A stretch of 64,000 nt of DNA from Heteronotia binoei (Eukaryota), in assembly GCF_032191835.1 (NCBI RefSeq), contig NC_083234.1, positions 59,892,001 through 59,956,000 of the forward strand. Reading direction: 5' to 3'. The position numbers were made by a program, and so were the translations under genes. Numbering within the stretch: position 1 is the first letter of the stretch; the number at the start of each line of letters is the position of its first letter. The notes below the pieces were generated by a model. That model ran no database searches. It was not told the DNA's origin and worked only from the letters and a program-made list of their open reading frames with translations. Shown here in pieces: positions 1-11,898 of the stretch.

Positions 1-2134
1 ATTCTCAATGTGATGTAGTCTTATACTCCTCCTGCTTCCATCCCTTCCCCCTCCCCACTACAGCTACCTGACTTAGTGCAGCTATTATTATATACAAGAC
101 TGGATCATTTTTCCGCGGATCTGTGCAAAGGGTGAGAAAGATTTTAGCCCATCCAGTCATTCTACAGGTGCTTCACAGGATCCAAGTCACTGTTTATGTC
201 CAGATATACAGAAACAATGAAATATTGCTGTCCACAGATCACTTAAGACTCCCAGACAGGATAGCGAAAGAATGCTGCAAAGGAACTGAGAAACTATGCA
301 TGCCATACACCAAAGAGAAAGAGAGAGAAAGGAGAGGTGGCAGCAAAGGTTACTGCTGCAGCCCTTTCTGTTATGGTTTAGCATTATGCGTGTATCCAGA
401 TTTTTTTTTAATGGGTGGAGAGTCTCAACATCATGCAGTTGACAGCAAATCGACCAGCAGATATGTAACAAATGCTCACCTGTGAGGAAGGAGAATCACA
501 GCGAAAGCAAGAAGGACAGTGTGCTGATTCTACTGTGCTGGTAAAAGCTCTGTTGCCAGCACAAATGAACATAATCGCAATCAAGTACAAGACAGAAATG
601 GAAAATCCCTTCTACGTGGAAGCACCCCAACATGAAACCCTATCAAGGATTATTAAAACCAAGTGGATAATAGCATTAAAATGTATGCCCACAGCACAAA
701 GCTTTGTGTTTGGGCCATGTGTCTCATGTGCAGTCTTGTGAATGCTCTTGGGAAAAGAGAGCTTGGATGCACTTTATCCCTAAGGGGTAGCTTCCTAACA
801 TTTAGCATTAATTAGTGTTTCTCCTACTGTTTGTTGAATTATGCTGGCTTTCAAGCGGATTCTTCCTTTTCCAACCTCATCACCGCTATTCCATTTACTT
901 CTACAACTCATACAAATCAAAACTATGGCCAGTGCATTTCTTCCAATGAAAGCAGGATCTAAAATATCAGCATCTCAATTAGCAGGATGTGCCTTCTTGC
1001 ATAAGATAATGAGAGAATAACATACCAGTGATGAAAGTGATGGAATAACTTGCCAGGATAATGAATATGCATGTTTTGGGGAAAGGGAGTAAACTTATGC
1101 AAATGATCTTTGACTAATTCTAACCAGTTTGTCCCAAGATTAATCTAAAGATTAGTTCCTTACAGGGCATCTTCTCAAAGTTTCTTCTGTTCCTCTTTCT
1201 AATTGCTGAATCATTTTGCTATTCTTGGGGTTTTTTAACAGAACCTTTGTGTTTCTTGCAAAGGTGATGTGAATATTTGTGTGTGCTTATGGAGGGGGAA
1301 AGATGCTTCTGCCTTCACAATGATCTTGCTGTCGAGCTCATTCTCCATTTCAATCCTCGGTTTGCCTGACTTTATCTCATTCTGTTTTTATTCCTTTTTG
1401 AATAAACATCCAAAAATGACATCTCATCATATTGCCTGCGTTAATTATAGGCTATCACTCGGAGAAGTGGATGTCTTTTATAAATATGCTCATTCACTGT
1501 GATGATTTGTGTATAAAATTGTGATGTTCTCTGGTGATGGAAAACCTTTGGTCATAAAAATAGTAGTGATCTGTTTTCCATAACTAAGCAGCCTCAATGT
1601 AAGGTTGTTAAAGATTCCTTGTAAGATATATGGGGTTCCCTGTCAAAGAAAGGGACAGGCTTTCTGACTCTGTCTGTGATCTAAAGTTGCTGCTATGTAC
1701 ACAGGAACAGGTTTTCATTTGTGGGCATCCATAGTACATACCTGCCAATCTCACATTCAGAATTAATGTGTATAAATTAATTCATAGGCTCTGCAGAGAG
1801 GCAAAACAAAGGGGCCTCAGTATCATTTGTTCTATATATTACTATACAAATTTACTATTTTGTTCTTCTCACTATAGAAATAGCTATGATATCGTGAAGT
1901 AGAACCAAAAAGAAAGACATTTCCTGGAACTGATTCAGATTGCCAGAAACTGATTTTCTGGCAAATTGTGTTGGCCTGAGACAAGATCTACCTATATACA
2001 TTTCACAGTGGGGTTTATAGAGCCATAAACTTTTATATAATGCCTGCTGTGCCAGAATCTAACCAAGATCAGTCTGTCCTTATTGTGTGTGTTTCTTAAC
2101 TAGCTGATATTTGAAGTAAAGAATGTGGCGACTC

Positions 2135-2251
2135 CAGGACTTTTTAAACAGAAAATGCCCAGCAGGAACTCATTTGCATGTTAAGCCACATCCCCTGGTG
2201 TTACCATTGTTTCACACAGAGTTTTTTTTTTTTTTTGTAGAAAAAGCCCTG
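2135..2251. mobile_element. Short hAT-like MITE (CAGGGCTTTTT-type termini)
   Basis: caggactttttt...aaaaagccctg termini; flanks ggcgactc/ggtgactt (6/8). Same family as 40901-41091 and 52139-52281. Confidence 0.6.
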
Positions 2252-2439
2252 GGTGACTTCATTGCTCTTAGAACATAAAGTAGTGCCTGCTGGATAAAAC
2301 CATCCAAATCCAGCATCCTGTTTCACACAGCAGCCAACCAGTTGCCCTGGAGGGCCAAACAAGTGGTATAGAGGTCAAGGCCCATATATATATATAAACT
2401 TAGTCACCTTTCTACTTTATAGGAACTCAAGGCAGCTTA

Positions 2440-3010
2440 CAGTGTAAACAACAATATAATAAAGTACATTAAAAACCATACTTTAAAACCGCCAGTAGGC
2501 AAAAGAACAGAAGCAAACTGAATGCCATCATTAAAAAAAAAGTTTTCAGCTGCCTCCTGAAGGTCAAGGGAAGGGGCAGGTTCCCTGGTGTTACCAGCTT
2601 CCTGGGGAGCTGGTTCCATAAACGTGGTGCTGCTGTTGAAAAGGCTCTGGGCCCCCAGATAAGCTTCTTTGGTCAATGGGACAGTCAAGAGAGTCTCTCC
2701 TCATGATCTTAGTTCCCGGGCAGAAACCTATGAGAGAAGGCAATCCTTCAGATGCCCCATTCCCAAGCCATGTGGAGATTTAAAGGTCAAAAACAACACT
2801 TTGAATCAGACTCAGGAGTGGATCAGAAGCCAGTGTAATTGTTATTGTATTGGTGGTCACATAATCCTGACCTCAACCAGCAGTCTAACGTTTGTATTCT
2901 TCCCGAGCCATGACTTCCAAACACTCGTCAAGGTTCGCCTCAACTACAGCACATTACAGCAGTCCTGTCTACATGTTACTGAAATATGAATCACTATGGC
3001 TAAATCAAAC
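2440..3010 (-). mobile_element. L2 LINE 3' fragment
   Basis: Minus strand resembles the L2 ORF2 C-terminus/3' end (ttccataaacgtggtgctgc, gaaaaggctct motifs shared with the other L2 pieces); degraded. Confidence 0.65.
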
Positions 3011-3645
3011 TGAGCTTGGGAACATCTTGAGTGTTTAATGACTAGATTTTAGTTATTAGAGTCCTCTTGATCCTGTTTATTGAAGGTGAAGGGTTTGTTT
3101 TTCACTCGATGTCATTTTAATAGAATAGCCTCACCCAGTTTGCTAATAATTTAACTGGCACATGTCACTTTATGGCAATTTCATATAACTTTGGCCGTCA
3201 TAACTTTTAAACAACAGCAGTTCGGCTTAATCCTGCTCATATATATATTCTCTTAATCACAGCAGTTCAGTTAATTGTTTAAAGCACATTTTGTCTGGTA
3301 TCTACAGTGATGATGTCTCTGTTGGCATCTTGAAACCTTGAATGTCCTTGAAGTTCTGCTGTGAACAGAAATCTTTTCTGTTCATTGTTCTCAGAATTTG
3401 GTCATTGTGCTTTCATGTTTCTTTGGTCTGAAGATCAAAATATTTATATCGTTAATGCTGTGGCAGAAACAGCTTTAATAATTGGGAAAATCTGGCAAAT
3501 CCTACCAATGGGAATCAAATAGTCTTCCGTTATGCTAATCATCACTCTCAATAGCTCATATAAATAAAGGGGAAGATAAGTATTCAGGAACCCAGTCAAG
3601 AACAGTATTGGTTGCTTAAAGTAAAGCAGGAGAAATCTGTGAAAC

Positions 3646-4003
3646 AGAGTTGCCAACTCCCCAGTCCAGGCGGAGGGTGCTGGTTTTGCGGGCTCTTCCC
3701 TGTCGCTGGCCACCTGGGGGAGATCCTGCCTGCAACTGCCCCAAATGCAACATACTGTCACCCAGAAGTGACATCATCACATTACCACCGTCACACAACA
3801 CTCTAGTTTTTGGGCAAACCTCTACAGTAAATTTGGGCTCAAACCATGGAGCTTTACCCAAAAACTAGACATCACCACATGACATTGGCAGTGCGATGAT
3901 GTCACTTCCTGTGTGACATCACCATGCCATACACACAGCAGAACATTTCGGCAAGACCCAAAAATCCCCCCACCAGGAAGAAGATTGGACCTGGAAACCC
4001 TAC
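3646..4003. mobile_element. Old hAT-like non-autonomous element (TAGGGTTGCCA-type ends)
   Basis: gagttgccaac...tggaaacccta degenerate TIRs with internal gtgacatca repeats; related piece at 31340-31470. Confidence 0.55.
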
Positions 4004-4074
4004 TGTGAAAGCTTTTTATTATTTTTTTCCATTTTTATCTGCTTCTACCAACATGATGATATTTGTCGTTTCAG

Positions 4075-4180
4075 TCCAACAGGGGCTTGTAGCTGCACAT
4101 CAGGGAGTTCCATGGGAGTTGTTACCATGGAAGGGCCATTAAGAAGGAAGACGTTACTAAAGGAAGGCAGGAAACCTACG
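4075..4180 (+). CDS. RALGPS1: RALGPS1 coding exon (start of PH domain), first of five visible exons
   Basis: tttcag acceptor and gtaaga donor. Translates (S)[35 protein letters not shown], matching recalled human RALGPS1 [36 protein letters not shown]. Phase 2 in, phase 0 out. Confidence 0.93.
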
Positions 4181-4729
4181 GTAAGAGTGGTTTTAGCTGT
4201 GGCCATTATTATAGTTTGTAGGGATGACTATGGTCGCTACTGAGGGTGCCAAAGAAAATGCTGCAAATAGCTCTGAACCATCAAGTAGAACAATGGGATA
4301 TATGTCTCATGCTGTCCTACTACGACGGTTAAGAAACTCACTTGTGAGGGGCATTACTTAAAGCCAGCCTTGTGGAAACTAAAAAAAATCTCTTTTGATG
4401 GCTCAAGGCAACTCACTAGTCCACATTGCTGTGAAGAGAACAACCATTCCCTCTAACTATCACCCTTATATGCCAGGGCTTTTCCACATTCTCAGCCAAG
4501 AATCACTGTGTTGTATTTAAAACGTTTAGGTAAAATTAATTTAATTATTCTTTACATGAGCAAGTAAACAAGAATCACAAATGTACAGAAAATACTAACT
4601 TATATCAAAGAGTAAAAACAGGCATATTTAAATTAAATTTAAAATGAATAGCCATTTCTAAGATTCTTACCAGAGAAGATAAGATAGTCTCGCTGAATTC
4701 CAGATCTGAGAAATTCTGTGATTTTTTTA

Positions 4730-4922
4730 GGGTATGGTTAGCTCAGTGGTGGTGGAAAGTACCATCAGGTCTCAGGCAAAAGGCATTCAGATATGGTTTG
4801 CCATTGCCTGCCTCTGTGTCACAACCCTGGCATTTTCTTGGTGGTCTCCTATCCAAATGCTGACCTTGCTTAGGCTTCTAAGATCTGATGATATTAGACT
4901 AGCCTGCGTCATCCAGGTCAAG
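4730..4922 (-). mobile_element. 5S rRNA-derived SINE (SINE3 type)
   Basis: Reverse strand reads gatcttagaagcctaagcaaggtcagc...ttggataggagaccacc, similar to the 5S internal region, followed by a ggcaatggcaaacca body. Confidence 0.7.
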
Positions 4923-4979
4923 ATGTGGCTTGTTTATATGGCAGTCACATGATGCAACAAATGACAAAATTAAACCTGA

Positions 4980-5600
4980 TTTGTAATCCCACTGTACACT
5001 GGCCTACCCTTGAGACTGACCCAGAAACTCCAGCGGGTCCAGAATGTGGTGGTGAAATTCCTATTGGGAATGCCACAGACAGCACATAAACAACCTATTC
5101 TGCACCAGCTACACTGGCTTATGGTTGAGTACTGAGTCAGGTCCAAGATTTTGGTTACGCAGGACCATCTCCTCCGCTGCTATATCCCTGGGAGAGTGTT
5201 ATGCTCTGCTGGTAACAACTTATTGGTGATCCCCAGCCCTAAAGAGGTCTGGCTGTCCTCGACCTCAACCTGGTGGAATGCTCTGCCGGACGATGTCCAG
5301 GCCCTGCAGGATCTTTTGCAGTTCCACAGGGCCTGTAAGGCAGAGATGTTCCACCAGGCTTTCAACTGAGGACAGCAACAGTTGTTGCCTTTCCTCTTGC
5401 CCACCCCCCTCCAGCAGTGTTCTCCCCACCCCCTCCGGTACACTCCAACAGTCTGATGAGAATGAACATAAGTTAGCAGGACACCATTAGGATTGGAATT
5501 TGTATTGTTTTAAATTAATTGTTTTAATCCTTGTGTGTTTCTACCTGTTGTACTTTGCCCAAAGCCCGGCCTTGGCTGGGATGAGGCAATCAAATCTAAT
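4980..5600 (+). mobile_element. L2 LINE 3' fragment
   Basis: Encodes degenerate LHWL...WWNALP...FHRACKAEMF, typical of the L2 ORF2 end; AT-rich 3' tail. Confidence 0.75.
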
Positions 5601-7180
5601 AAACAAATAAGTTGTTGTTGATGATGGTGGTGGTGTTGTGGTGGTGATGTGATATACTTCTTAGCATAAAATGATACTTCCCCAATACACTATTTGTAGC
5701 AAACCATGTTCTGTCCTTAGAATTTTTTCTTGGCATTCAATGAACTTTCGTAACTCAGTATAGTGGACTACCCTCTGGTTCTTGCCATTCTTTGAGTTGT
5801 TTCTTTAAGGCCTATATTGTGATAAAATACATTGTTCCTATTTTGCACTGGAAGCAAAAAGCAAATCCTTAGACCTTCTTAACACTAAGCACTAAGGATT
5901 CCTAACATGTCTTCATAACCTCAGATTCCACAATGCTTTAACAGTTTTCTACTGATGGATCTGGATACACGTTTTCATCTGTTGATGAAAGAGGAGGCAG
6001 GCACAGATACGGTTTAAAAAAATGAACAGTGGGCCACACTGTGAAGGAATGGGAGGGGGATCTGAAGAAGATACTATTTCTGGTTTTGTTTGGAGGACTT
6101 GTATATAATTCAGTTTTCCTCTAAATTTCAATATTAGTGGGTTGTTTAAATTTCAGAGCCACATTTTCGGCCCCTCCTCCCCCCCTCCCCCCCAATTTCT
6201 TCTGGAGACTATAAAAGATGGCCTCAGTGTAATAGGAGTAGAACAGTTTCAGGCCAATTACTTGTGAATAGCAGTTCTTGCCTAGTTTTCAAACCTTTTG
6301 TGAGGAAAGCTCTGGCCTGAACCAAGTAAGACCCACAGAACCAGCTTGTCCAAAAAACCACAATAGTGTTTATAGTATAAGAGCATTTATGGTATGCTTG
6401 GCCTCATGGCTGGACCCAAAAAGTTTAGAGTTGCGGAAAATAAGTTTGAGTCATAACACATGTCCACCAGCAGATGGCAGCACGCATCCTTGTTTTCAAT
6501 TGTGAAGGTGGGACAAAGCAGTAGATTTTCTTCAAACTAAATTATGGCCTCATAGACACTAGCCTATTTTCAGTGACATTACAAACAAAACAGTTGTGTA
6601 ATTCCTTTTTATTAGAATCAGCCATAAATAATCACAATATAGAGCGGCACACATTTTCAAGTTCCCCGGAACTCATCATTAGGCTGGATCTTCAATACAA
6701 AAAATAGTAATGAAGAGCTGTTGCAGACTTAATCAAATTAGATAAGATTTTTGGTGCAAAACAGATTTCAAATAGGGTTTCTAATAGGCCTGGAGAAAGA
6801 AATGTCCTTTCTCTATCATAGAGGCTTAATGTGTGGAAATGGGCAGCTTTTCATTTGAAGTTTTACGTTAGATGGAGGGTAAATAATATTCTCATTAAAG
6901 AGGCAGGATTTTTTTAAATCTAGGCAATTGGAAAATCTAGTTTCTAGATGCACCAAAGACTAAGAGTATAGAGAAGACAAAGAAATGACCACAGGTTTGA
7001 AAACGCAGAAGTCAGCAACTGGAAAGACATCTCTTCATCATATCGGTCCTTCATTTTCATTGAGCTGCCTTAAAGTGCTCTTTTTTCCTGAGCATTCCCT
7101 ATTTACTCACTTTAGTAGTTCTGCATGTATATGCAACATATGGGTTTAAAGTTTCCCTAATTTTCTTCTTTGTTCTTCAG

Positions 7181-7273
7181 CTTTCCTCGTGGACTAGATA
7201 TTGGGTTACCCTTTCAGGATCGACTCTGATCTACTTCGGAGCAAAGTCTTTAAGAGGCACTGAAAGAAAGCAC
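7181..7273 (+). CDS. RALGPS1: RALGPS1 coding exon (PH domain)
   Basis: Polypyrimidine tract ending ttcag, donor gtaagc. 93 nt = [31 protein letters not shown]; closer to RALGPS1 than RALGPS2. Confidence 0.96.
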
Positions 7274-7478
7274 GTAAGCAAAGAAGTGGTTTTCGTCTGT
7301 AGAACAAACACATGGTTTACAATGGATGGCATGCAATACCGACAGGGTGTTTACTCAATGGCTTTTGTTTCTGGAAAATTATCTTTATCCCCAGTTACAA
7401 TGCTAGCACTCTTGGTAGATACAGAAAGCTATCTGGAATAGTTCTCATTCATCTTCCTTCTTGCTTTTTCTCTCCTAG

Positions 7479-7584
7479 TATAAATCTACTCCAGGAAAAA
7501 GGGTTTCCGTTGTTGGGTGGATGGTAGCACTGCCTGATGATCCTGAACATCCTGATATTTTTCAGCTAAATAATCCTGATAAAG
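7479..7584 (+). CDS. RALGPS1: RALGPS1 coding exon (PH domain)
   Basis: ctcctag acceptor, gtaagt donor. [35 protein letters not shown] plus 1 nt, in frame with its neighbours. Confidence 0.96.
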
Positions 7585-8069
7585 GTAAGTACTTGTCCTC
7601 AGTCAGTCAGAATGTTCATTCTGGTAGGTAATAATAATACTAGTTTTGACTAATGGTGTTTCCCCTGGTTGAACTCAAAAACTGAAAGTGCAAAGGGAAT
7701 GAAAGGGTTATCGGAGATGCTTTATTTAATACTGCAGTACAGTAATATTCCTCTTTTAACAACAGTAACAACTCATAGTGTAGATTCAGTGAAGCACAGA
7801 AGCCTAGCAGAAAACAGGTCATGCCCTATTAATAAAGTTTTTAAAATGTGAAAATCACATTATGTTCTTGTTAGGAATAAGGCCCGTTGTGAAGGAAAAT
7901 ACAATGGGTTCTAGAAAGAGGCTCTGGGTGAGTGCCCCCCCTTGCTGTCTTCCACCCACCCAAGTGAAGGCATTCACTCTCCCCCCACCTCCAGGGGAGA
8001 TCATCATCTGGAGAGCAGTTTTAATCTATCATCTGGAGAGCAGTTGTAACCCTGAGTGATCTCCAGCCC

Positions 8070-8500
8070 TTAACTGGAGATTGGCAACAGTGGTTCCCCA
8101 GGAGGAAATGGCTGGTTTGGAGGACTGAGTCTATGGAATTGTACGTGTCTGAGGTCCCACCCCTCCTACAAACCCACCCTCTCCAAGCTCCAACCCTAAA
8201 ATCTCCAGGAATTTCCTATCCTGGAGTTGGCAACTGCTAAGTCACACTGACCATCATGGGGGCTGCTGCTGCTGAATAGGAGCAATCAGCTAGGCCTAGA
8301 TAAGTCATGCCAGTCAGGTGGCATCAAGTCACCCAGAGAGTGCTGCCAGGCCTGGGGTAGCCAACCTCCACATGGAGCCTGAAGATCTGCTGGGATCACA
8401 ACTGAACTCCAGACAACAGATCTCTCTCCCCATCCTGGAGAAAATAATTGCTTTGGAAGGTGGACTGTATCCCATTCTATTCACCTGAGGACTCTCCATT
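8070..8500 (+). mobile_element. Two partial copies of a ~215-bp TAGGGTTGCCA-type MITE
   Basis: Shares gagaaaatggctgctttgga(a/g)ggtggact and ctggcaacccta motifs with the full copy at 32387-32600. Confidence 0.6.
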
Positions 8501-8872
8501 TACTGACAGAAGTTGGTTGTCTAGCAACAGCCTCTGACTAGGAGCATGACTGAGGGAGAGAGGGAGTGACAGGAAAGAAACTGCAGCCATGCAAGGCCAG
8601 GCCTTGCGACCTAGTTGCATTATGGCAGCGACAGCTCTCTGGCTATTTCGAGGCTGCATGTGCTGGGAGGCCACCTGTGTGGGCCATTGATGTGGCGGCA
8701 AAGGTCTGTTTCTGGCAATGCTTTTTGTGAGGCTGGTTAACAGAAAGGACACAGTGAAGAGTTGGAGATGTCTCTTTCTAAGGTAAGACTGTTTTGGTGG
8801 TTTGTTCAATATTCCCAGGCCTGCAATAGGCAGGGGCAGGGGAATCAGCCATTGGGAAGCAAGAGACACTGA

Positions 8873-9159
8873 GGGTGTTTTCGCACTCACGTTTTACTGG
8901 CGCCACGACCCTCCTGACGCCGGCGAATCTGCATGGATTTCGCAACAGAAGCGCCGGCGCTCCCAGAAGCGCCGGCGCTTTCCGTCGCTAAGCCAGCGCA
9001 AACGTTTTCCTGCATCTTTGCGATTTCCGTTTGCGCTGGCTTAGCGACGGAAGTAGCCGGCGCTTCTGGGAGCGCCGGAGCTTCTGGTGCGAAATTCATG
9101 CAGATTCGCCGGCGTCAGGATGGTCGTGGCGCCAGTAAAACGTGAGTGCGAAAACGGCC
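8873..9159. mobile_element. Foldback PIF/Harbinger-like MITE
   Basis: About 130-bp inverted arms (gttttcgcactcacgttttactggcgccacg.../...cgtggcgccagtaaaacgtgagtgcgaaaac), ~23-nt loop, 3-bp TSD TGA/TGA. Confidence 0.85.
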
Positions 9160-9907
9160 TGACTGAGCCATGATAGGCCAATGGGTTGTAGTGTACACCT
9201 CTAAGTCAATGAGAGAGTGCTCCATTTGGCTATCACCATAGGGGAATTATTACCTATGATGATACTGGCTGTTTCCACATGGGTTATTTGCTCCGTGTTT
9301 GCTTTTATTGAGGAGGTGGGGAGGGGTGCTTCCCCACACCATTGTGCTATGTTTATACATCTCCCAGCTCTTCCCCAGTGTTTCTCCAATGTTTTCTAAA
9401 CCTGCTTTACCTGATCCCTGTATCCACAGCAGCCATTTCTTCCCCCTGCCACTGGGAGGCTGTGAGGGATTTTTAAATTGGCTGTTGAATATTTATAGCA
9501 ATCTGTGTATCAGACCCTCTGAATTCCAATTTTACTTTAAAAAAGTAACTATCCTCTTTCACTATGGAGATAAGAAGGGAAAGGCATATCTTCATAAATA
9601 AAGAAGGGAGGAGCTTTTTAAAAATAATGAACACTGGGAATTGCAAATGCTTGATAAAACATATTGTTATGACGATTACTAATTTAAAAACTGAAAAGAC
9701 TCTGATGATGTGTGTGGCAGGGTGGCCACTGCAAGGGAACTGGGGCAAAGAAACTGCAGGGAAAACTGCCATATGGAAGCCCCATTGCTGTTGCTTGGTA
9801 TCAGCAGCTACAGGTAACCATATAAGCCAGCCACCTTGTGGAAAACACCACTGTCTCCTTTGATGGATGGCAGCACTCCATGGCCTCTGCCAGGGCTGTC
9901 CCAGTCC

Positions 9908-10179
9908 AGAGCCAGTTTGGTGTAGTGGACTCTTATCTGGGAGAACTGGGTTTGATTCCCCACTTCTCCACTTGCAGCTGCTGTAATGGCCTTGGGTCAG
10001 CCATAGCTATCGCAGGAGTTGTCCTTGAAATGGCAGCTGCTGGGAGAGCCATCTCAGCCCCACCTACCTGTTGTGCGGGTGGGTGCCTGTTGTGCGGGGA
10101 GAAGATATAGGAGATTGTAAGTCACTTTGAGTCTCTGATTCAGAGAGAAGGGTGGGGTATAAATCTGTAGTCTTCTTCT
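9908..10179 (+). mobile_element. tRNA-derived SINE (gagagccagtttggtgtagtgg family; Squam3-like name tentative)
   Basis: A/B-box head ggtgtagtgg...ggtttgattcc, shared body, tcttc tail; at least seven copies in the window. Confidence 0.85.
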
Positions 10180-10753
10180 GTTGCCTGAGATCCGTTTTAC
10201 TTGAGATGTCATGGGTGTGGATACTTTGCATTCAAATCTTTGCATTCAAATCATGTGCTGTGCCATTTAGCCATGGCCTCTCCCCTAACTCAGGTATTTT
10301 GCTCCCAAAATAACTTCAGTATTTCCATGTAATCATGTGTTTTCTAAGATTCTTACTCGGTACTTTTTAAAAGAGAAAATGCCCTTTGCTGAACACCCTG
10401 TTACCACCACTCAGATGAGACAGCCATTGAAAGAGAGCAAAATTTTAATATAGTCTCCCGCTGCTTCATAGATTATAGTCTTCAATTGAGAGAGGCCTGG
10501 CATTTCTTAAGCATTAGCACCAAGGCAAAGGCAATGAGTCAGACCTGGAATTTCAAATTAGTTAGCATTCAAGTCAGTTTGTCTTGAGTGCGCTAGCCTT
10601 GCCCTGCTCTACTGCAGCTGCCCAGTTCTTCCCTAGCATTATTAAACCCTGCTTTTCCCACAAATAATATTGAGCTTTCAGTTAATTGCTCCCTACGGTT
10701 GTCTTTGTGTCTCAAACTCAAAGGCCTCTGCTTTCTTACCAACAATTTTGTAG

Positions 10754-10845
10754 GCAATGTTTACAAGTTTCAGACTGGTTCAAGATTTCATGCAATACTG
10801 TGGCACAAGCATTTGGACGACGCATGCAAAAGCAACAGGCCTCAG
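10754..10845 (+). CDS. RALGPS1: RALGPS1 penultimate coding exon
   Basis: ttttgtag acceptor, gtatgg donor. (G)[30 protein letters not shown]. Confidence 0.96.
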
Positions 10846-11465
10846 GTATGGTTTCCGCTTTTGTTTTTTGAGCTAGAAGGAAGCCACGTGAAACCACTGC
10901 AGAGCTCTTGTTTTCTCTGAGTTGTGGTTTTTGTCAATGGCTGTCATATAGCTGAGAAAAAGAGAGATAGCACTACCACAGACACTGGGGGTGTTGATTT
11001 AGGATTCTCACTCTTCTGTGCCTTGTCTGATCAAAGAATCAGATTAATGTTTTCGCAGCTAGTAGTGGTTTAGTGTTTAGCTGTGCAACACTGCACACTC
11101 TGATTATATATCCTTTGTCACACTGCTGATGTAGCTACCCATGCTGCTCAAGGGTCCTGCATCCTCTTGAGTGCAGTTTCTGTGGCTTCAGTTCAAATAA
11201 GGGATAGAGATGTTGCCTGGGATATGTAGAAAGAAATCTACCTATGCTTCAAGAAGGGTAGGAATGTGATTTATAGCCATACATGAACGTGGTAAGCACT
11301 TGAAGCCAGGATGATTACATTTAATTCCTTTAGTCAAAGGCAGTATCCACTCAAATGCCTTTTGCTTGGCAGCAACAGAGGGGAATATCTGCTATTTTTC
11401 TCATTCTGCTTGAGCACTATCTGAAGGCATCTGGTTTGCTTCTGTGGTCAACAGGATGCTGGGTT

Positions 11466-11600
11466 AGATCCAGGTGGGCAGCCATGTTGGTCTGAAGCAA
11501 TAGAACAAAGCTGGAATCCAGTGACACCTTTAAGACCAACAAAAGTTTATTCAGAGTCTGAGCACGCACTTTATTCAAAGTGTGAGCATGCACATTTCCT
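11466..11600 (+). mobile_element. Penelope-like element terminal fragment
   Basis: tccagtgacacctttaagaccaacaaaag motif; related reverse copy at 43060-43150. Confidence 0.5.
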
Positions 11601-11868
11601 CAGACAGAATGAAACAGAAATAACATTCTTACATATTGAGGGCAGGCAGTAAATTAGCATACAGAATAATGAAGCTTAGTTATATGGCTACAATTATTTC
11701 TAATGCACAAAACAATCCAAGTCTCTTCAAAGCTCTCACTTGCAAGTGTACTTTCACTGACACAGAAAGCAGATTTAGGTATGGATCTTTGACTCAGGGT
11801 ACGTTAACAGTTTGGTTTCCCAGTGCTTCAAGAAGATTAATTCTGCTGATTTCCATTTCTTGCATCAG

Positions 11869-11898
11869 GTACCTGCAAACCTTATGTCATTCGAGTAA
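11869..11898 (+). CDS. RALGPS1: RALGPS1 terminal coding exon (VPANLMSFE*)
   Basis: ttccatttcttgcatcag acceptor, then GTACCTGCAAACCTTATGTCATTCGAGTAA, the recalled RALGPS1 C-terminus. Confidence 0.95.
   Translation, partial: VPANLMSFE

Noticed and set aside
123-741. ORFs at the window start as upstream RALGPS1 exons
   Set aside because: No match to the recalled RALGPS1 segments (GSSESSEFSEE, RGRLYATLG); the window seems to start inside an intron.
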